Source: Tubiluchus corallicola (taxonomy: Eukaryota > Animalia > Priapulida). From it: 64,000 nucleotides of DNA. This document shows, piece by piece, positions 39,297 to 53,695 of this stretch. The notes under the pieces were generated by a model that saw only the letters and a list, made by a program, of their open reading frames with translations, was not told where the DNA came from and ran no database searches. How positions within the stretch are numbered: the stretch's first letter is position 1; each line of letters begins with the position of its first letter. The stretch is taken from contig JAQGDQ010000050.1 in the NCBI GenBank assembly GCA_030141605.1, forward strand, positions 259,971-323,970, given 5' to 3'. The translations under genes and the position numbers were made by a program.

Positions 39297-41374
39297 GTAA
39301 GATATTCCAAGAAAATTTGAAGAAAAAAAGCACATATGTTTTGCAAACGTTAATTATCCTCCATTTGCGCATTCACTAAGTTATTATTTGCGTATTATTA
39401 AGTTTTCTATTATTAAGTTCTAGTTTTTCCCCCTACACGCTCCAGTTTTCTTCGAGTTGCTTCCTTGTTTATTCCTTATTCCTTCACAGACTTGAGATAG
39501 TTTAGGACAAAATAATGTCGGTCGATATCTTCATTCAACTTCTCCAATATAGTAATTGCCAGACAGTTTCTATGCACATTTTTATAGCCTTTCCTGTGAA
39601 TGACTAATGTCCGTTTAGTGTGGAGCTAGTGGTGTAAAAAAGCTGCACGTGCACATCTATGAAGCTGTTGATCTGTCCAAGCATCACTCATACCTCATGA
39701 CTCCATACGCGTGTAATGTAACTCAACCTGCGTACAATCATGAACTTGAAGTAGAAAATTAACCACACGCTAGTGTAGATTTTTAACAACGCTGCTTTCA
39801 GCGTCATTGCTAACCTAACAATAAAAATAATTGCAATCATTAAAATGAAAGAAAAACTTCCCAGTCGAAGAATCGAATCAGGTTGAATTTTAATGACATG
39901 CCTAGCATTAGCCATTACCACGAAACTGAGAAACACGTGCTTGCCAGAAAACATTATTGCTTGACATTGCTTCCTCGGGCTGAAAAAACTTAAATTTTTT
40001 TACATTCTAACAATTATAATTACATAATCATATTTTCACGCTGTATATGAGTTAACTAATTAGACTGCTACTTTTTGTAACGTACGAAATTAGGGCATGT
40101 GGGTCTGTAATAGGGCCCATGTGTATTTGGACCGCGTCAGTCTGTGACAAGTAATACATTTTAGTCTGCGCCATTTGGGTTAAAGTCATACTTAAACGAA
40201 AAATGACGGAAATGCGCGCTAAGCCAAAAATTATTCTTATTTTCAAAAAGAAGTTTTTAATATTTCCTTATTTCCGACATGCTGATAGCAAAGTGAAACT
40301 TGCACAATTCTGCTATTAGTGAATTGTGATTAAAATGTAGGTCTCATGACAATATTTACACACACCATCTTTGTTTGTATTTATCATAATTATTGCTTAA
40401 TGGAAAGCGCGTGTTAGCAAATATTTAAGACAGGTGAATGAGAGACTTCCTCGTGCTTACGAGCTCATCAGCATTAAAGCACAAGAAAACCATCCACTTA
40501 CGTAAAGCTTAAAAAATTCGTCTCGAAATTTTATACCACTTACATACTATGTTTTTGCATGCAGGGTTGCATCCGCCATAACGCTGTATAAAACGTGTAA
40601 ATTTAAACTCAGTTAGGCGCAGCCATCTTGATGGTAAGTCGTTGGAACAAGCTTAGATAACACTCTGAAAAAAATCAGAGCATTCGTAGCACACATGTTG
40701 CTAACTAAGTAAAACTTTAAATTACTGTATCTTGTCAATAAGATTAAAAATACGTTTTTGGGTAGTGAGTGGCGCACCCATGAGGTTGAGTCAGCGACAT
40801 CTTATCAATTGGCACTAACATTTTAAATTATTATTTCTAGTTATATAAGTCTTTCCAACTGGTAAGCGAAACGCTAAGTAATATAGATGTGCACGGAAAG
40901 TTTTTTGGGGCATAATTTAACATTGCCTTTTCTTCCCTTGATTTACGTTTGCGTAGTGACGTCATGTAATTGCGCCGTCAGAACAGTATTGCGGGAGATA
41001 TAAAATGAAAACAAACAAAAATTCCTTTCGACGCGAGTACTATATATGCATAAAATTGCTGTAAAGTTGCTTTTAAGGTACCCATTTTCTTGTTCTTTAA
41101 TAACAAAATATTTTTTATATAAAATCTTGATTTTCTTCTACGACACGTTTCAGGAAAACCATACTGTAAAATTTCAGAAAAGCCATCCTGTGAATTGTTT
41201 CGTCTGAAAATGAAAATTATTCCACACACATTTTTAATTGACGAACAAAACATTTAAAACGTAAAATTCAATCCGTCCCAAAGAAATTCTAATTTTGTTT
41301 ACAACTTTTCTGTTAGAGAAATGATACCCCACCAGCATGATTCGTCCAAAAATTATTGAATTGATAAAAGTTGT

Positions 41375-41620
41375 ACGTGTCAGTTGGCGGTATGGTGTAG
41401 TCGATAATGCGTCTGCTTTAGTTCTGGGAGATTGTGAGTTCCATACTGCGGCCGGGTGGTACCAAAAACTCTAAAAATGGTACCTGCTGGCGCGTGGTAT
41501 TTGGGTAAAAGTAGGATAATAATAATAATCACTGTTACAGAGGTGTAACTTGCTATTTACAGTCGAGACGATAAAAGCCTCAGCAGGCTTGTGTTGCTGT
41601 TGAATTTAAAACCGAGTTTA
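41375..41620 (+). mobile_element. tRNA-derived SINE with Meta-type domain and a putative 12-bp target-site duplication
   Basis: A-box-like tggtgtagtcga, degenerate B-box gagttccatac, core ggtaccaaaaactctaaaaatggtacctgctg. Direct repeat gataaaagttgt at 41363-41374 and 41621-41632. Confidence 0.7.
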
Positions 41621-43389
41621 GATAAAAGTTGTTATTGTTATTTTTACTATTACGGTTATTTAACTAGAGTTACGCATGATAATCCTAACTTGATTGCGAA
41701 TCATTTACTTAGAAACTGACAGCGTTTACAATGTTTTCTAGATATTCGACTACAATGTCCAAGTAAGTGAGGCGGTAATTGTACGATTTAAATACTCAGT
41801 AATTGCTCACTAATTAATGGTTTTTTCGACAAGCCTTTTTTCATTTTCCGGCTTTCAATTCCAATGCACTCGCTAAACGAAACTGTAATTTGCTCCTTCA
41901 TGACCAAATTGTTTACTTTACAAGTTAGAACATCCGCAAGTCATGAGTTAATAATTAGTATAATGTTTCATGTGAAAAGGGTACGAAAGAGAAACGCGCG
42001 CTTCCAGCGAAAATAATGATTAAGAGTTTACGACACTAGTGGATATTTTCATGGGAGGCTAGTTATTTGTGTGCGAACGCATTATTGGTGTAAACAGCGA
42101 AATTATCCACCACTTTTGCTATTACGATTATTGTCGTTAGTATTTACAACTTTTTGGTGGATGTTTACTTTTGCTAGGCTCAATGAAGTGCAACAGCATA
42201 AAAAAGAAAGAAAACGTCGTTCTTTGGTTATTATAAGTCTGTGGCACCATCTAGTGGTGGCTCGCTGAGGTTGTTCGTTTCGTGATAAATTTTGTAGAAT
42301 ATTCTCTTGAATCAATAATGTTGTGATTACCTTAGTAAGCTCACTTTGAGGTCGCCAAAGTTTTTCGCGCCACTCTTCGTAATGATGCCTTTTATCATTT
42401 TTTATATCTTTTTCTAGTCCTTATATATACATTAAATTGTGTAGTATATTTATATAGCATACTACCTACATATAGTTGTTTGAATTAGAGTGAAGAAAAT
42501 CACTTGAAAAAAATCATTTTATAAGTCTACCACAACATTTTGTTTATGTTTGATTATTTTAATTAACAAGTTTTTATTTTTTATGTTATTTTTATTTGTT
42601 AACGGCACAGCCCATTTTTTTAACAATTTGCATGATTTTTAAATTGATTTCTAGTTTTACTAGTTACAAACTATATGATTTTGTAAATATGATTTGAATT
42701 ACAAAAATAGTTTATAAACAATTATTCTTCTTTCATTGAGTGATGGCTTTAATTCGGACAGCCTTTTTTAACTAGAAACTTGCTTTAGACACAGTAATGA
42801 ATGCAATCTTTCTTGTTTAGTTGGTAAATTCGGCATGTGGTTGCATGTTCCTTGTTCAGATTCGAGTAATGTACACACATGCAGTTTCATAGATATAGTT
42901 TCACCTTTATTGGTCATTTTGAACGACATTGATTTTTATTTTGTTTTGACAATTTAGTGTATACATGCAGATACTTTGTGGCTTAATTTTTAATTACCTG
43001 CAAGACAATGCACGACAGCGTTTCAACATAGCTGTTGCATTGGCTTGCACGCCAGTTCTGTTGGTCAACTTAAAATAAGCATAAAGTGGTTAACAAGGCC
43101 ACGTTCAGAACAAGGACCACCTACGTGAAAGTTATAGGTTAATTGCATACTAGTGATTTTATACCAGTCTATAATGAAAGACTTTTCTCCAAAGCCTTTT
43201 ATTAACGCTTTTGTGGAGACTGGACTTTACTATTTGCTTTCATTACATCCTGGTCAGCCGGATCATTTGACCTTTTGTATGCATGAATAGAACTGGAAAG
43301 TTTACCGAACAAGAGGTATATGTGCTTGTAGGCTTAATGCTGCAGTAATGCAAGTATTATTGGCTTGCTGTGTCGGCGGTAAAACCTTT

Positions 43390-43783
43390 GACTTTTTTCT
43401 TCTCTTGCCTCCTTTTCTTTTTTTTTATTTCTCACACCCTTGTTTCACTTCTCCTTCTTTTCATGTCTGCTGATTCACATCCTTTCCCAGTTTCGCGTTG
43501 TTCCACCATTCCTTGTTCTTCCATTGGCGACTTTTCTTTCCCACTTTTCTGTTTCCCGCACTCTTTCTTTCTTCCAGCTTAGTTTTCTCTTTCTCTTTTC
43601 TTTCACTACTTAGTCTATTTTATCTCTCTTGTTCTTCTGTCTCCCCTGTCTCTCTTTTTCACTCACTCTCTTATCTCTCTCTCTCCCTCTCTCCCTCTCC
43701 CCCTCTCACTCTCCCTCTCTCTCACCCTATCTCTGTCTCTCCCCCTCTCACTCTCTCTCTCTCACTCTCTCTCCCCCTATCTG

Positions 43784-43852
<69 letters not shown>

Positions 43853-43885
43853 TCTCTCTCTCCCTCCCTCCCTCCCTCTCTCTCC
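43390..43885. repeat. Polypyrimidine/(CT)n tract immediately 3' of the Grl stop codon
   Basis: Directly visible. Confidence 0.95.
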
Positions 43886-43895
43886 TGAATCTCTG

Positions 43896-43952
43896 CTAGA
43901 CCATACTGAACTGCATCATTATAACGACGTACGTGAAGTAAAGACTAGCAAT
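43896..43952 (-). CDS. Gustatory receptor-like (Grl/7TMIC) gene, exon 4 (last)
   Basis: Acceptor cttttccggtttcag|, translation IASLYFTYVVIMMQFSMV*, containing the TM7 signature TYhhhhhQF. Confidence 0.93.
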   Translation of the reverse strand: MASLYFTYVVIMMQFSMV

Positions 43953-44355
43953 CTGAAACCGGAAAAGATACACCATTAACATTCAAATTAGAAATGTTTA
44001 TTGTAGAGCCAACTGATAACAGTTTCCTGAGAAACGTATATATAAACCAATAGGATAAAATAACATTGAGAAAACCACGAAAAACAGCTTTCAGTTTTTG
44101 AAGGGAGAACGTACCTTACCTATCGCGAGGGGTAAACCATCTAGTGAGCATTCGCAGATAAATGGGCGGGGCATCAATCATGTTCTTTTGTCAATTGAAA
44201 TGATGTCATGACTCATTTATTCAAGAACTTCAATTTAATAAATTATTAGGCAAATAAAATCATTAAAAATAGGTCTGTATCTACTTGTGATATCTTTAAA
44301 ATATAGTTGGGATATCATTTGCTGACACATTGTGCTTATGCAATTATGAACTTAC

Positions 44356-44445
44356 CGTAAGAATCACATCCTTTGTTATGATAATTATACCCCAATAAGA
44401 GAAGCCAATTTTGTCACTGGTGAGTTTCGACAACAACAAGTGTAA
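44356..44445 (-). CDS. Grl gene, exon 3 (90 bp, phase 0-0)
   Basis: ttacttttacag|LHLLLSKLTSDKIGFSYWGIIIITKDVILT|gtaagt; typical GF-x-x-x-G-h-h-h-I pre-TM7 segment. Confidence 0.93.
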
Positions 44446-44550
44446 CTGTAAAAGTAAAGATAATTATTGTTACTACAGCGTAACAATCAGGACGTATTGC
44501 GCATCTTGGCAAAACGTGAATGCATGGGTATTGATATGGGTTTATAATAC

Positions 44551-44661
44551 CTGTAACGTAATTTCATTCAGACCATCCTGTGGATGAATGCAGTCCTTTG
44601 TATCGTCATCGCTATTTCTGTAGATTTCCAAGTCATACATAGACGGTAGCGCTGCTTTTCC
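44551..44661 (-). CDS. Grl gene, exon 2 (111 bp, phase 0-0)
   Basis: ttttctcag|GKAALPSMYDLEIYRNSDDDTKDCIHPQDGLNEITLQ|gtatta; open frame linking exons 1 and 3. Confidence 0.88.
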
Positions 44662-44786
44662 CTGAGAAAAATATTGCAGCTACAAAACAAGGACGCAGTG
44701 AAGAGGACTTTACATGAAATTCTTGCACGATTTGTATTATCTAACCAATTTCAATGGTCTGCTTCAAAATATTGTAATCAGTGTAT

Positions 44787-45085
<299 letters not shown>

Positions 45086-45343
45086 GTTTGAATTTTTTAT
45101 GGGTGCCTTTACATTTCTATGTTGAAATCGTAATGTGTTTTATAAGCTTGCATTTTGTATGTTCGTGAATGATTCGATAATAAATTTCTCTCAAATTTCT
45201 ATTATACATTATCCTTATCTGTTATACTACAACTGAAACTAATTCATAACTAGTGCATGTTTTGAACGGTTACTTTTTGACATCTTTTACGTTTCATCAT
45301 AATTTTTTGGCATAAAATATACATGCATTCTTAAAGAACTCAC

Positions 45344-46315
45344 TTCTTCATGTAGTGTCGCAGCATACACGGAGATCAGGAATAATATTGCCAAAGTGAC
45401 CATCGACCAAAATCCATTTATAATCATTACGACCACATTAGCATTTGCATCTTGGGTCATTTTTATCAACTCGTAAGTATGCACGCCAGCATTTAGCAAG
45501 GTCATCGTGTAATAGAAGAAAATTATTTTCCTAAAATCCTGATCTGCTATTTTCACCATCTTTGTCGCCAACTGATGCCTACGTCGCAATTTTTCCATTT
45601 GAACTGCAAGTTGGTATATTGAGGTATTTCTATCTGACGCCAAACGTGATATTGAATCGTTTATTGCTTTATACTCGGTACGAAAAATTTCACAAACTCC
45701 AGCAAAAAGTGGTACTGGCAGAAGCCACCCAAAACACGCGAAAGTTGTCAGACACAGAAACACTAGTTTAGTGTGTAACTTTGGCTCAAATGGCAGTGCA
45801 ATAATAGCAAACTGCTCATGGCTTTCCTTGACTAGTCCAAAAGTATTGAAAAACAGCAAGCCAGAATTGATAAGACAAACTGTGCAGGCAATGACGACTA
45901 AGACGCGGACATGGCGTACGATTCGATTAGTGTCAACCTTGTCAAATGTGATGTTATCGTTAAAATATTTGAACAGCAGATCGAAATGACCATAGTTGCT
46001 AAAAGTTATGTGAACGATCGCAGTATTGCAGAAGACAAGGAAATGCCAAATCTCCGTAACAGCAAACCATAGTGGGGAGAACAACGACGGTTTCAGTATA
46101 AAACCAATAAAAAAACGGGCAACTTCAAACGCTAGTAATAACAACACTGTTACTGAATACACTGAACTAACCATGTGCATCGTTCGTCGACGTTTCTTGT
46201 CTTTGTTTCTGATCATTGGACATAGACCTGTGACAAAAAGGCTTCTAAGAGAGGGCTTTAATAACTCATAAAGCTTATTTTCAGTTATATTTTCTGATGC
46301 TTGAACTTTATTCAT
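45344..46315 (-). CDS. Grl gene, exon 1 (324 codons, TM1-TM6)
   Basis: LKPSLRSLFVTGL N-terminal motif, six hydrophobic segments, LRRRHQLATKMVKIADQDF intracellular helix; ends AATLHEE|gtgagt (phase 0). The ORF-track tail VSSLRM... is intron read-through. Confidence 0.93.
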
Positions 46316-47040
46316 ATTTTTATTCTTGGTGCAGGCATCTCATTAACCAAATATTGTCTACTTTAGCTTAGGAAAGATAAGCTTTCGCGCACAAGACTAT
46401 AGACGAATCCATTACCTGGCTTTCTCGCAATGTGGACAACTTTGAGATACATACTCCAAAAAAGGAATTCTAAATTTGACAGGATACCAGTAACTGTTGT
46501 CGTTATAATAGTTTTCTGATAACTTGATCCCGATTGCTTGCTGTCGTCAACATCTATAATGCAATGTTGACCATGACCATCGCCACCGTCATTATCATTG
46601 TTGCAGTTGGCATCGTCATCTATCAATGCCCAACACTGGTTGCCACCATCAACGTCTATCTATCTATACACTAGGCATATACACAGCAGAACAAACGATA
46701 ATGTTGCGACAGAAATATCATTGAGTACTGAATGACGGACATCAAGCTCTTGACAGTGAGCATGTTGTCACACATTAATTGTATTTTACGCGCTGTGTAT
46801 AAACGTTAATTTGTTATCTCAGTTATTTTGTTGCGTAATATATGTAACCTGCGTTACTCACGCAATGGATGCAGATCAAACACATTTACTCACGTAAGTA
46901 AATGGAAACTGAACACACATAGAATATATAGTAATAATAAATAGACTACTGGTTATAATAACTGAGTTTTTGATATTTTTATATTAACATATTTTATCAG
47001 GAAATAGTTTTGATCAATAATATTACTGTATGTTAATTCA

Positions 47041-47049
47041 CTTAAATAA

Positions 47050-47094
<45 letters not shown>

Positions 47095-47107
47095 TCATTT
47101 ATTTAAG
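47041..47107. repeat. (TA)18 flanked by an 11-bp inverted repeat
   Basis: cttaaataaat...(ta)n...atttatttaag. Confidence 0.85.
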
Positions 47108-48920
47108 CAACATACATATATTTATATCAAGTGGCGGAAAAATATGCCGAAGTTTTGATGAAGATATTATAAGAAGAAAACAACAATCGCTTGGAACTTA
47201 CTACAATTACTACTCCGTTGCAGACGATTACGCATAAACACCAACAATTTCCTTAGATTTTTTCAAAGGTACAGAAGCTTTAGAACAACAAGCAAAAAAT
47301 GCCGGAAAAAATTTCTGTCACTGGTGTTAAAATGTACAGCCATCATTTCTAAGGCTGATGCAGTTTCTCACTTTTTAAGGGGTATTTTGTCCCAGCACTC
47401 AAAATTTTTTGCCTTTACTTCCTTTGCATCAAACGGCCGTGTGAGGTTATACTTCATTTCTTTTAAGGTAGTCCAGACGATTAAACCCCATTTTATTCTA
47501 CCAAATTTTTATCAACACCTTATTTTTTGCAGTAAAGACTATGTGTAACTTGACTTTATTTCTCTTATTTTTCTGGCATGTATTAAGCATTTTATACCTC
47601 AACGTGGCTGTTTTTTAATTGATGATTAGCTGACATTGTTCCGGCATATAAAATTTTGAATATGCAAAAGTTTTCGGTGATAACGTAAAAAACTGCTATA
47701 ACCTTGTAACCTTCTCAGCCAAAAACCAATATATTGTAATATCACATTTTGGAATTATGACTACGGCACTTGTTTTTCACATTATCTTTTCGTATCTTTT
47801 CATCTTCTCATAATGTCTAAATTTCGGCACATTTTTCTGCGTCGCCCGATATTAACACCACCTGGTTTTATTAAAGCGAAGCCTAAGGATGGCTAGATGC
47901 TAAGCATCGTAATAATGCCGAGTAATCGTCTTATAGTAAATGTCTATTGTATTGTAAAGCGAAAGGTTGATTCAAGAAACTGCTGTAATAAATTGTGTAG
48001 AATATAGCAAGATTGATGACCAGTTTTGAATTTTTCAAATACCTTGTGCATAAAACTGCAGGTAGGATTATAAATTTGTAAAGATTCACGAGTTACGCAA
48101 TTATGCATTTAAGGAGGGGTGTGCAATTATACATGTGGTTAAGTTTGGGGACTCCAAATAGTAAATGTAGCAAGGACTGGGGAGTGCAAAATCATGTATA
48201 ATGACTAGCTGCTGTAAGCTATATTATTATAACAACAAATGGTAATGTGCATGAATTACACAATATATAACGACTGGGGGAGTGCAAATTAGACGCATTA
48301 TTGGATTAGACTTTTTGACTTGATGATTTGTGCAAACTGTCACGTATAGAAGTTGAAATACTTCAAAGCTAAAGTACGATGTAACACAAAACTGCAAATA
48401 TGAGTGATAAACGCCTGACAGGTGTAATTTTTCTCCGATTAGCTAAATGAGACTTGAAGACGTAATGGTTTCGGTAAGAATCTTCAAGGTTGAAAACCCT
48501 AATCTTAACATAGCGGCATATTGTGAGCACTATTTATCTGGCAGCTAGACTGTTGTTCTTAAAAAACTGTAGGATAAAATCATTTTGAGAGCGCACGCAA
48601 CTGTTAAATTGTTATTTACATAATTATTGTTTGGTAAACATTCATGATAAAGTTGAGTAAATGCTGTGTAACGATGTGTGAGGGGCTAGATGTAGACATG
48701 TTCGAATTATTCGTCGAAGTGCAAATAATTTTCAATGACAAACTTTATTGACAATGCAAAGAATTAAGAAATACTACCATAGAAAGTGAAAAGGCTTGTT
48801 CAGTCGTTTCGATGAATTATTTTTGTCCAATAAAAATCTCAGACAAACTGGATGGTTGGCCGATTTGATAATCGGATAAAAATATAAAAATATGGGTCAC
48901 TTTCCAGTGATAAGTCCTGG

Positions 48921-49005
48921 GTAGGGTAGCCTGGTGGTCCAGATATCGGACTGCAACGAACACAGCCTTGAGTTCGAGTCTAGTGGCTGCCAACGCCAGG
49001 ACATT
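48921..49005 (+). mobile_element. tRNA-derived SINE head
   Basis: A-box tagcctggtgg (48927) and B-box gagttcgagtc (48970) at tRNA-like spacing; no complete cloverleaf. Confidence 0.5.
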
Positions 49006-52000
49006 TACCCTATATATTTTCGTTATTTGTGCGTTGCATCCTTACCTGTAAGTTAAAATATTGTTTTAAGAGTAATTCGCTAAATAGCCGTTAATGCTAA
49101 TGCTATTAGAGCGATCGTAGATAAATCTTTGTTTTTGTGACTGCTGTTTTGAAATACGTAAACTTATAATTACATCGTTTCCTTTTCTTGCTTTACATCC
49201 CTTTAACATAAAAAAAACGATCATTCTTAAGCTAAGAAATTACATAATTTTTGTTGGCAATTGGCAACTCGAGACTACAGATTCAAGTCCCATTATGGGC
49301 GCAATTTTTGTGAGTTCAACAAAGACGCATGGGCACTAATTCTCGACCATCAAGCAGTGAATTTCTGACATTGGCTACTGCTTAGTGCAATAGTCGAGAG
49401 GAGTTAAAATTTATGTTCATTTTTCTGCAAATAAATTCGATGAAAATCAGCCAATTATGTCGATTGTTCACTGACCATGCGCTGTTTGTGGCGCTTAATG
49501 TGGCAGCTTAATTAATGGTTATATTAACAACCGCTGTTACGCAGTTGATGAGGCGCAGTCGAATTATTACAGGTCATTTCAGTTAACCTTTCCTTCTTTA
49601 CTCAATTGACAGACCTGATGTTAACACGTATAGTGTGAAATAACTGGGTGTGTGACTAAAGGTCCACTATTCGCAATGCAGTGCAGTGGGACAGTTGTAG
49701 GCGTCACCAAATTTCACACGACGAACTTTCCAAAATTCTGCACTCAACGAAACAGTTAGCCGTATTTTAATTAGCGATGGTTTACTCTTGTGAGCATAAG
49801 TGAAATTATGAAATTAAATACTAGTGAGTGTTATTATAAGATTGGTTAATACTAGTTAGTACAGCTTATAAAATATTCGTATTATACTTGCACATAAGGT
49901 GCAGGTTTTTGATACGGTACGCAGGAAGCAGCTGCAGTCATCCCCACCCTGGGAATTTACATTCAAAGCATAATGAAACTGCGTGTTCAAAAAGTTTTCA
50001 GAATTTATAAAGCATTTTGAGAGTGTCGCCTTTGGGTGACGCATTGGATGGCACCGTTGATCAAGCATCAGAAAGTCGCTGGTTCAGTTTTCGAGTTTGA
50101 ACTTTACTTTTCGCTGATAAGCTAAGAATACAATATTTCCTAGGCAAATTAGTCATTAGAATTCATTAATTGTAAACATTTCTAAAGTAATTGTAAAGTG
50201 CAGTTGAGTTTTTGTTTGTAGAATTGTGCAGAAATATAACACTTTTTCCCTTAATTGTATTTTTAAAATAGTTAGCTCAGTCATTCTCTCAGTCATGTGT
50301 CCTAATTGCTCCATGTGCGTAAAGACAGTGGTGTTATACGATGGGATTATATTTTTTCTGAATTATGATAAATAAAAAGTTGGAAAGGTGGTTGTCACAT
50401 AAACGCTGATATATCGATGGTGACGAGACTGATAAAAGCTCTATTAACATTCCGGTTAAACTGATCGGCACATATGACGAAAAAGCAGGTTGCTCCTAAA
50501 GAGCTATACGTAAAACATCCATGAACGAAACTAGCAGTTTCTGCTTTAAGAATTTCGTTGTTGCGACTGACTAGAAAGGAGTCTAACATCGTTCGTTTAG
50601 TGATGGACTTATTTCTACTCAAATTGTAACTCGCTAAAACGGCACTAGATGAGTATGAGTCTTTTTAGTTTAGATAAGGTCATAGACTGACATACGCCCA
50701 CCTCCCAGAATAGTTGACTTACAAATTATTAAGAACAGAGAAGTGACCCCCGATAATAACAGGACCGTGGGATAATAACAACCAAGCGTCTTATAACAGA
50801 ATCCAGAGCAATACAGATTTTGCGCGCCTCTAGCGTGAAACTGTTCCCAGAAATGCATGGGGCAAGAAATAAAAACTACTAGTCAACACTACAGACTTCA
50901 ATCATGATACTCAATTTGTTAAAAAAAATTTATCCACTAGGTATGGGCGCTAGTCCTAAACTAAGCCCGACAAGCTCTAGGTTACATGGCGCACGTCACT
51001 AAACATCCTCATGGTGCTTTATAGTGACCAAACAAAATTGATATTGGATGGAATTTCTAAAATTGCGCTTTGAACGTGAATACTTGGCCAGTTTCAAGGT
51101 CAGGAGCGTGCTGTTCGCTTTGTTTAACTGCATGCGGTCCAAATAAGTTTCAAGGCTTTCAGTTCAGTCTTCGTGGAGTATCTACATTACAGACAATTGA
51201 TGTACTGTCTTAAGTTAGTGAACAACAGCCTATCAGGTGAAGGTGCCACATAATAGACGCCCTTCGACAAGACGCAGGAGCTGTTAGCTAGAAAAACTAC
51301 TTTATGTTATATACGATAATTGAAATTACTGGTCTAGTAAAGGACCATTTTTGACAAGGAAACTTACTACTAAAGTTTTTTTTCTAGACGCATCAAGCAA
51401 CTCTGCTAATTGCTCACAGTAGCTGAACTCTTAAAAAACAAAACAAGCCTGCCAGAAAATTCAGTCTTGTGAGGTGAAAAACTGGTCAAGAACCCGTTCA
51501 AAATGCCGTTTTTGTTTGAAAAACACCATGACGGAAGAAGTCCTTTCTTTCTTGAATGCGCTAAGTAACGAATATCAGATTTAACTTGTATGGGCCGCAG
51601 TGGCCTAAGAGTAAATATCTATTTCTCAATTTCCTTGTTTCGAGAGGTTTAGCTTCCATCATACTTCTGTCATCGTCATATTAGTCATCGTGTTCAGTGC
51701 AGAAAACGGCTGTGAAAAGCAATGAATCAAATATATGAAGACGAGTTGGAAACCTATTTTGTAGAGCCATCAAATTATAAAAAATCAGTACTTAGACGAG
51801 TTTTACATACAACAGGTGCGGATACTGACCTGTCACAATGATATTATAGTTTGACAAAATAACTGAAATGTCTTTATGACGTAATGCCGAATGCGCAACA
51901 AATTACTCTGTAAGTAACTATTTTATTTCAAACACTAGGTTCATAAATATAAATTAAAATTTACAAAAATTTGAAGACTAAATTAATAAAATTTTTAATT

Positions 52001-52617
52001 TATTATAAAATCATTTATATATACATAGTCATAAAGGTGGCGTAGGCTTAAAGTTAAGTATACATTATAGACCCAGGTTCTAGGCCTTTTGTATACTATT
52101 CCGGATTTTGACCTTTCTTTTCTCATCTGTTATTATGTTAATTGAAGCGTGGAATGCACTAGAAAGTATTATAATTTTTCGCTACGTCTGGCGGCGTATC
52201 TGATCGGTCGACCTACATAACCACTCCTCGCATGAATCGACAGAGAGAAAATAAATCCGTTTCTCTTGCTTGCCTCCCCATTCTCTTCAGCTGTGTCATT
52301 ATCTTATTCAGGTGCGTTATTCTTCTATTAGAATGGTGTTATCACTCAGCTTGTGTTTTCCTTCGTGATCAAACCTGGTGGAACTACAAGCTCACTCATG
52401 TGCTTTTTGTCTGCAGGATAAATTACGCTGCTCTTTTAAAAAGTGTTGTACGATAGTGCACACCTCTTTCTAAACTAACTGCGTTTTGCATCAAATCTAG
52501 AATCGCGATGTTTTGACGAACTTCGAGACAGTTCGCGAAAGTTCACGATAAGTGAAAATGTTACTGGACTGAAGGGTGTATGACGTTATAAACTGTTTGA
52601 ATGTTAGGATAAACGAG

Positions 52618-52682
52618 ATGCCAGAGGAAGAGGAACCGCCATATCAGCCTCTCCCAGCAGGCTGCTTTGGTTTTTCATTCCT
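52618..52682 (+). CDS. Start-codon exon of the downstream module of the large + strand gene
   Basis: MPEEEEPPYQPLPAGCFGFSF-L, donor CT|gtaagt (phase 2), in-frame stop upstream at 52570, possible acceptor at 52416. Joins in frame to 58779. Confidence 0.7.
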
Positions 52683-53640
52683 GTAAGTCTAGTTCTTTAA
52701 GCTGAAGTGTTCTAGAAGTCAATGAGCATTAAATGTGTTTGTCAGGACTAATCACGACTCATTCTGGAAATTGATTATAAATTGTAGAGAAAAGGGCGAC
52801 TACATTTATTTTGTATAGGAATGTTCTTATTGTTATTGAACAATATTGAAAAATCAGGTATTATAGAATAGAACAAATTTATTTTACAACAACAAATGCA
52901 ATGACACAATAACAATTACCGTCATAGTATTATTTGTTTTATTTCTATAAAAAACTTATTTAATAATTAACCACAGTTGTTCCAAATGTTCACTAGTTTT
53001 ATTTAGGTGAATCATCTCCTCGCGGGTTTCTTAATTGTTGTTAATTGGGTCTCCTCAATTAGGTGTCCCAAATGGAACGCTTTACGTACACAGAAGTTTC
53101 CCTAACGTTGAGGGGGATGTTCCGGAATGTTGTTACTTTCTGCGTTACGTTAGATATGAGAAATCAATGTGAAGCCCGTTCTGCCTGAAATCAGTTACAA
53201 ATAATCGGTTTGTTTAATATTCTTTATTCTGTACAGTCTTTTTAAAACTCTTTCGGTAGAATGTTTGGCATGGTCAATTAAATAATAGACTGCACGGCAT
53301 TTGGCAGCTCAAAAACAAAAGACATCTTTTTATTCGTCAGTTCAAGCCGATGTTAGTGTTTGTTTCGTTTCAACATTGATATCAGCGCTCGGTAGCAGTT
53401 GGACAAGCTCTTTAACACAATTTTGTCTAAGATTCTGATTCATACTATCCATATAACAATGATAATGTAAAAGTGTAGGTCTAGCTTTCGCAGTTTTGCT
53501 AATTATACGTTATTAACATTTTTTGACATGAGAAACCGAACGTTTTACGAACTTCTGTGGCTCAGTAAACCCTCGGGTACACTGGTTTGTTAAAGCATCA
53601 GAAAATAGCAACACAAGAAGAGGAAAACAATAGCAACAGC

Positions 53641-53649
53641 GGTGACGGC

Positions 53650-53685
<36 letters not shown>

Positions 53686-53695
53686 AACAACAACA
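53641..53695. repeat. (GGC)n(GAC)n(AAC)n compound microsatellite
   Basis: Directly visible. Confidence 0.9.

Noticed and set aside
45287-45343. ORF-track C-terminus of the 342-aa membrane protein
   Set aside because: Intron read-through; the gtgagt donor at 45343 and three downstream exons complete TM7.
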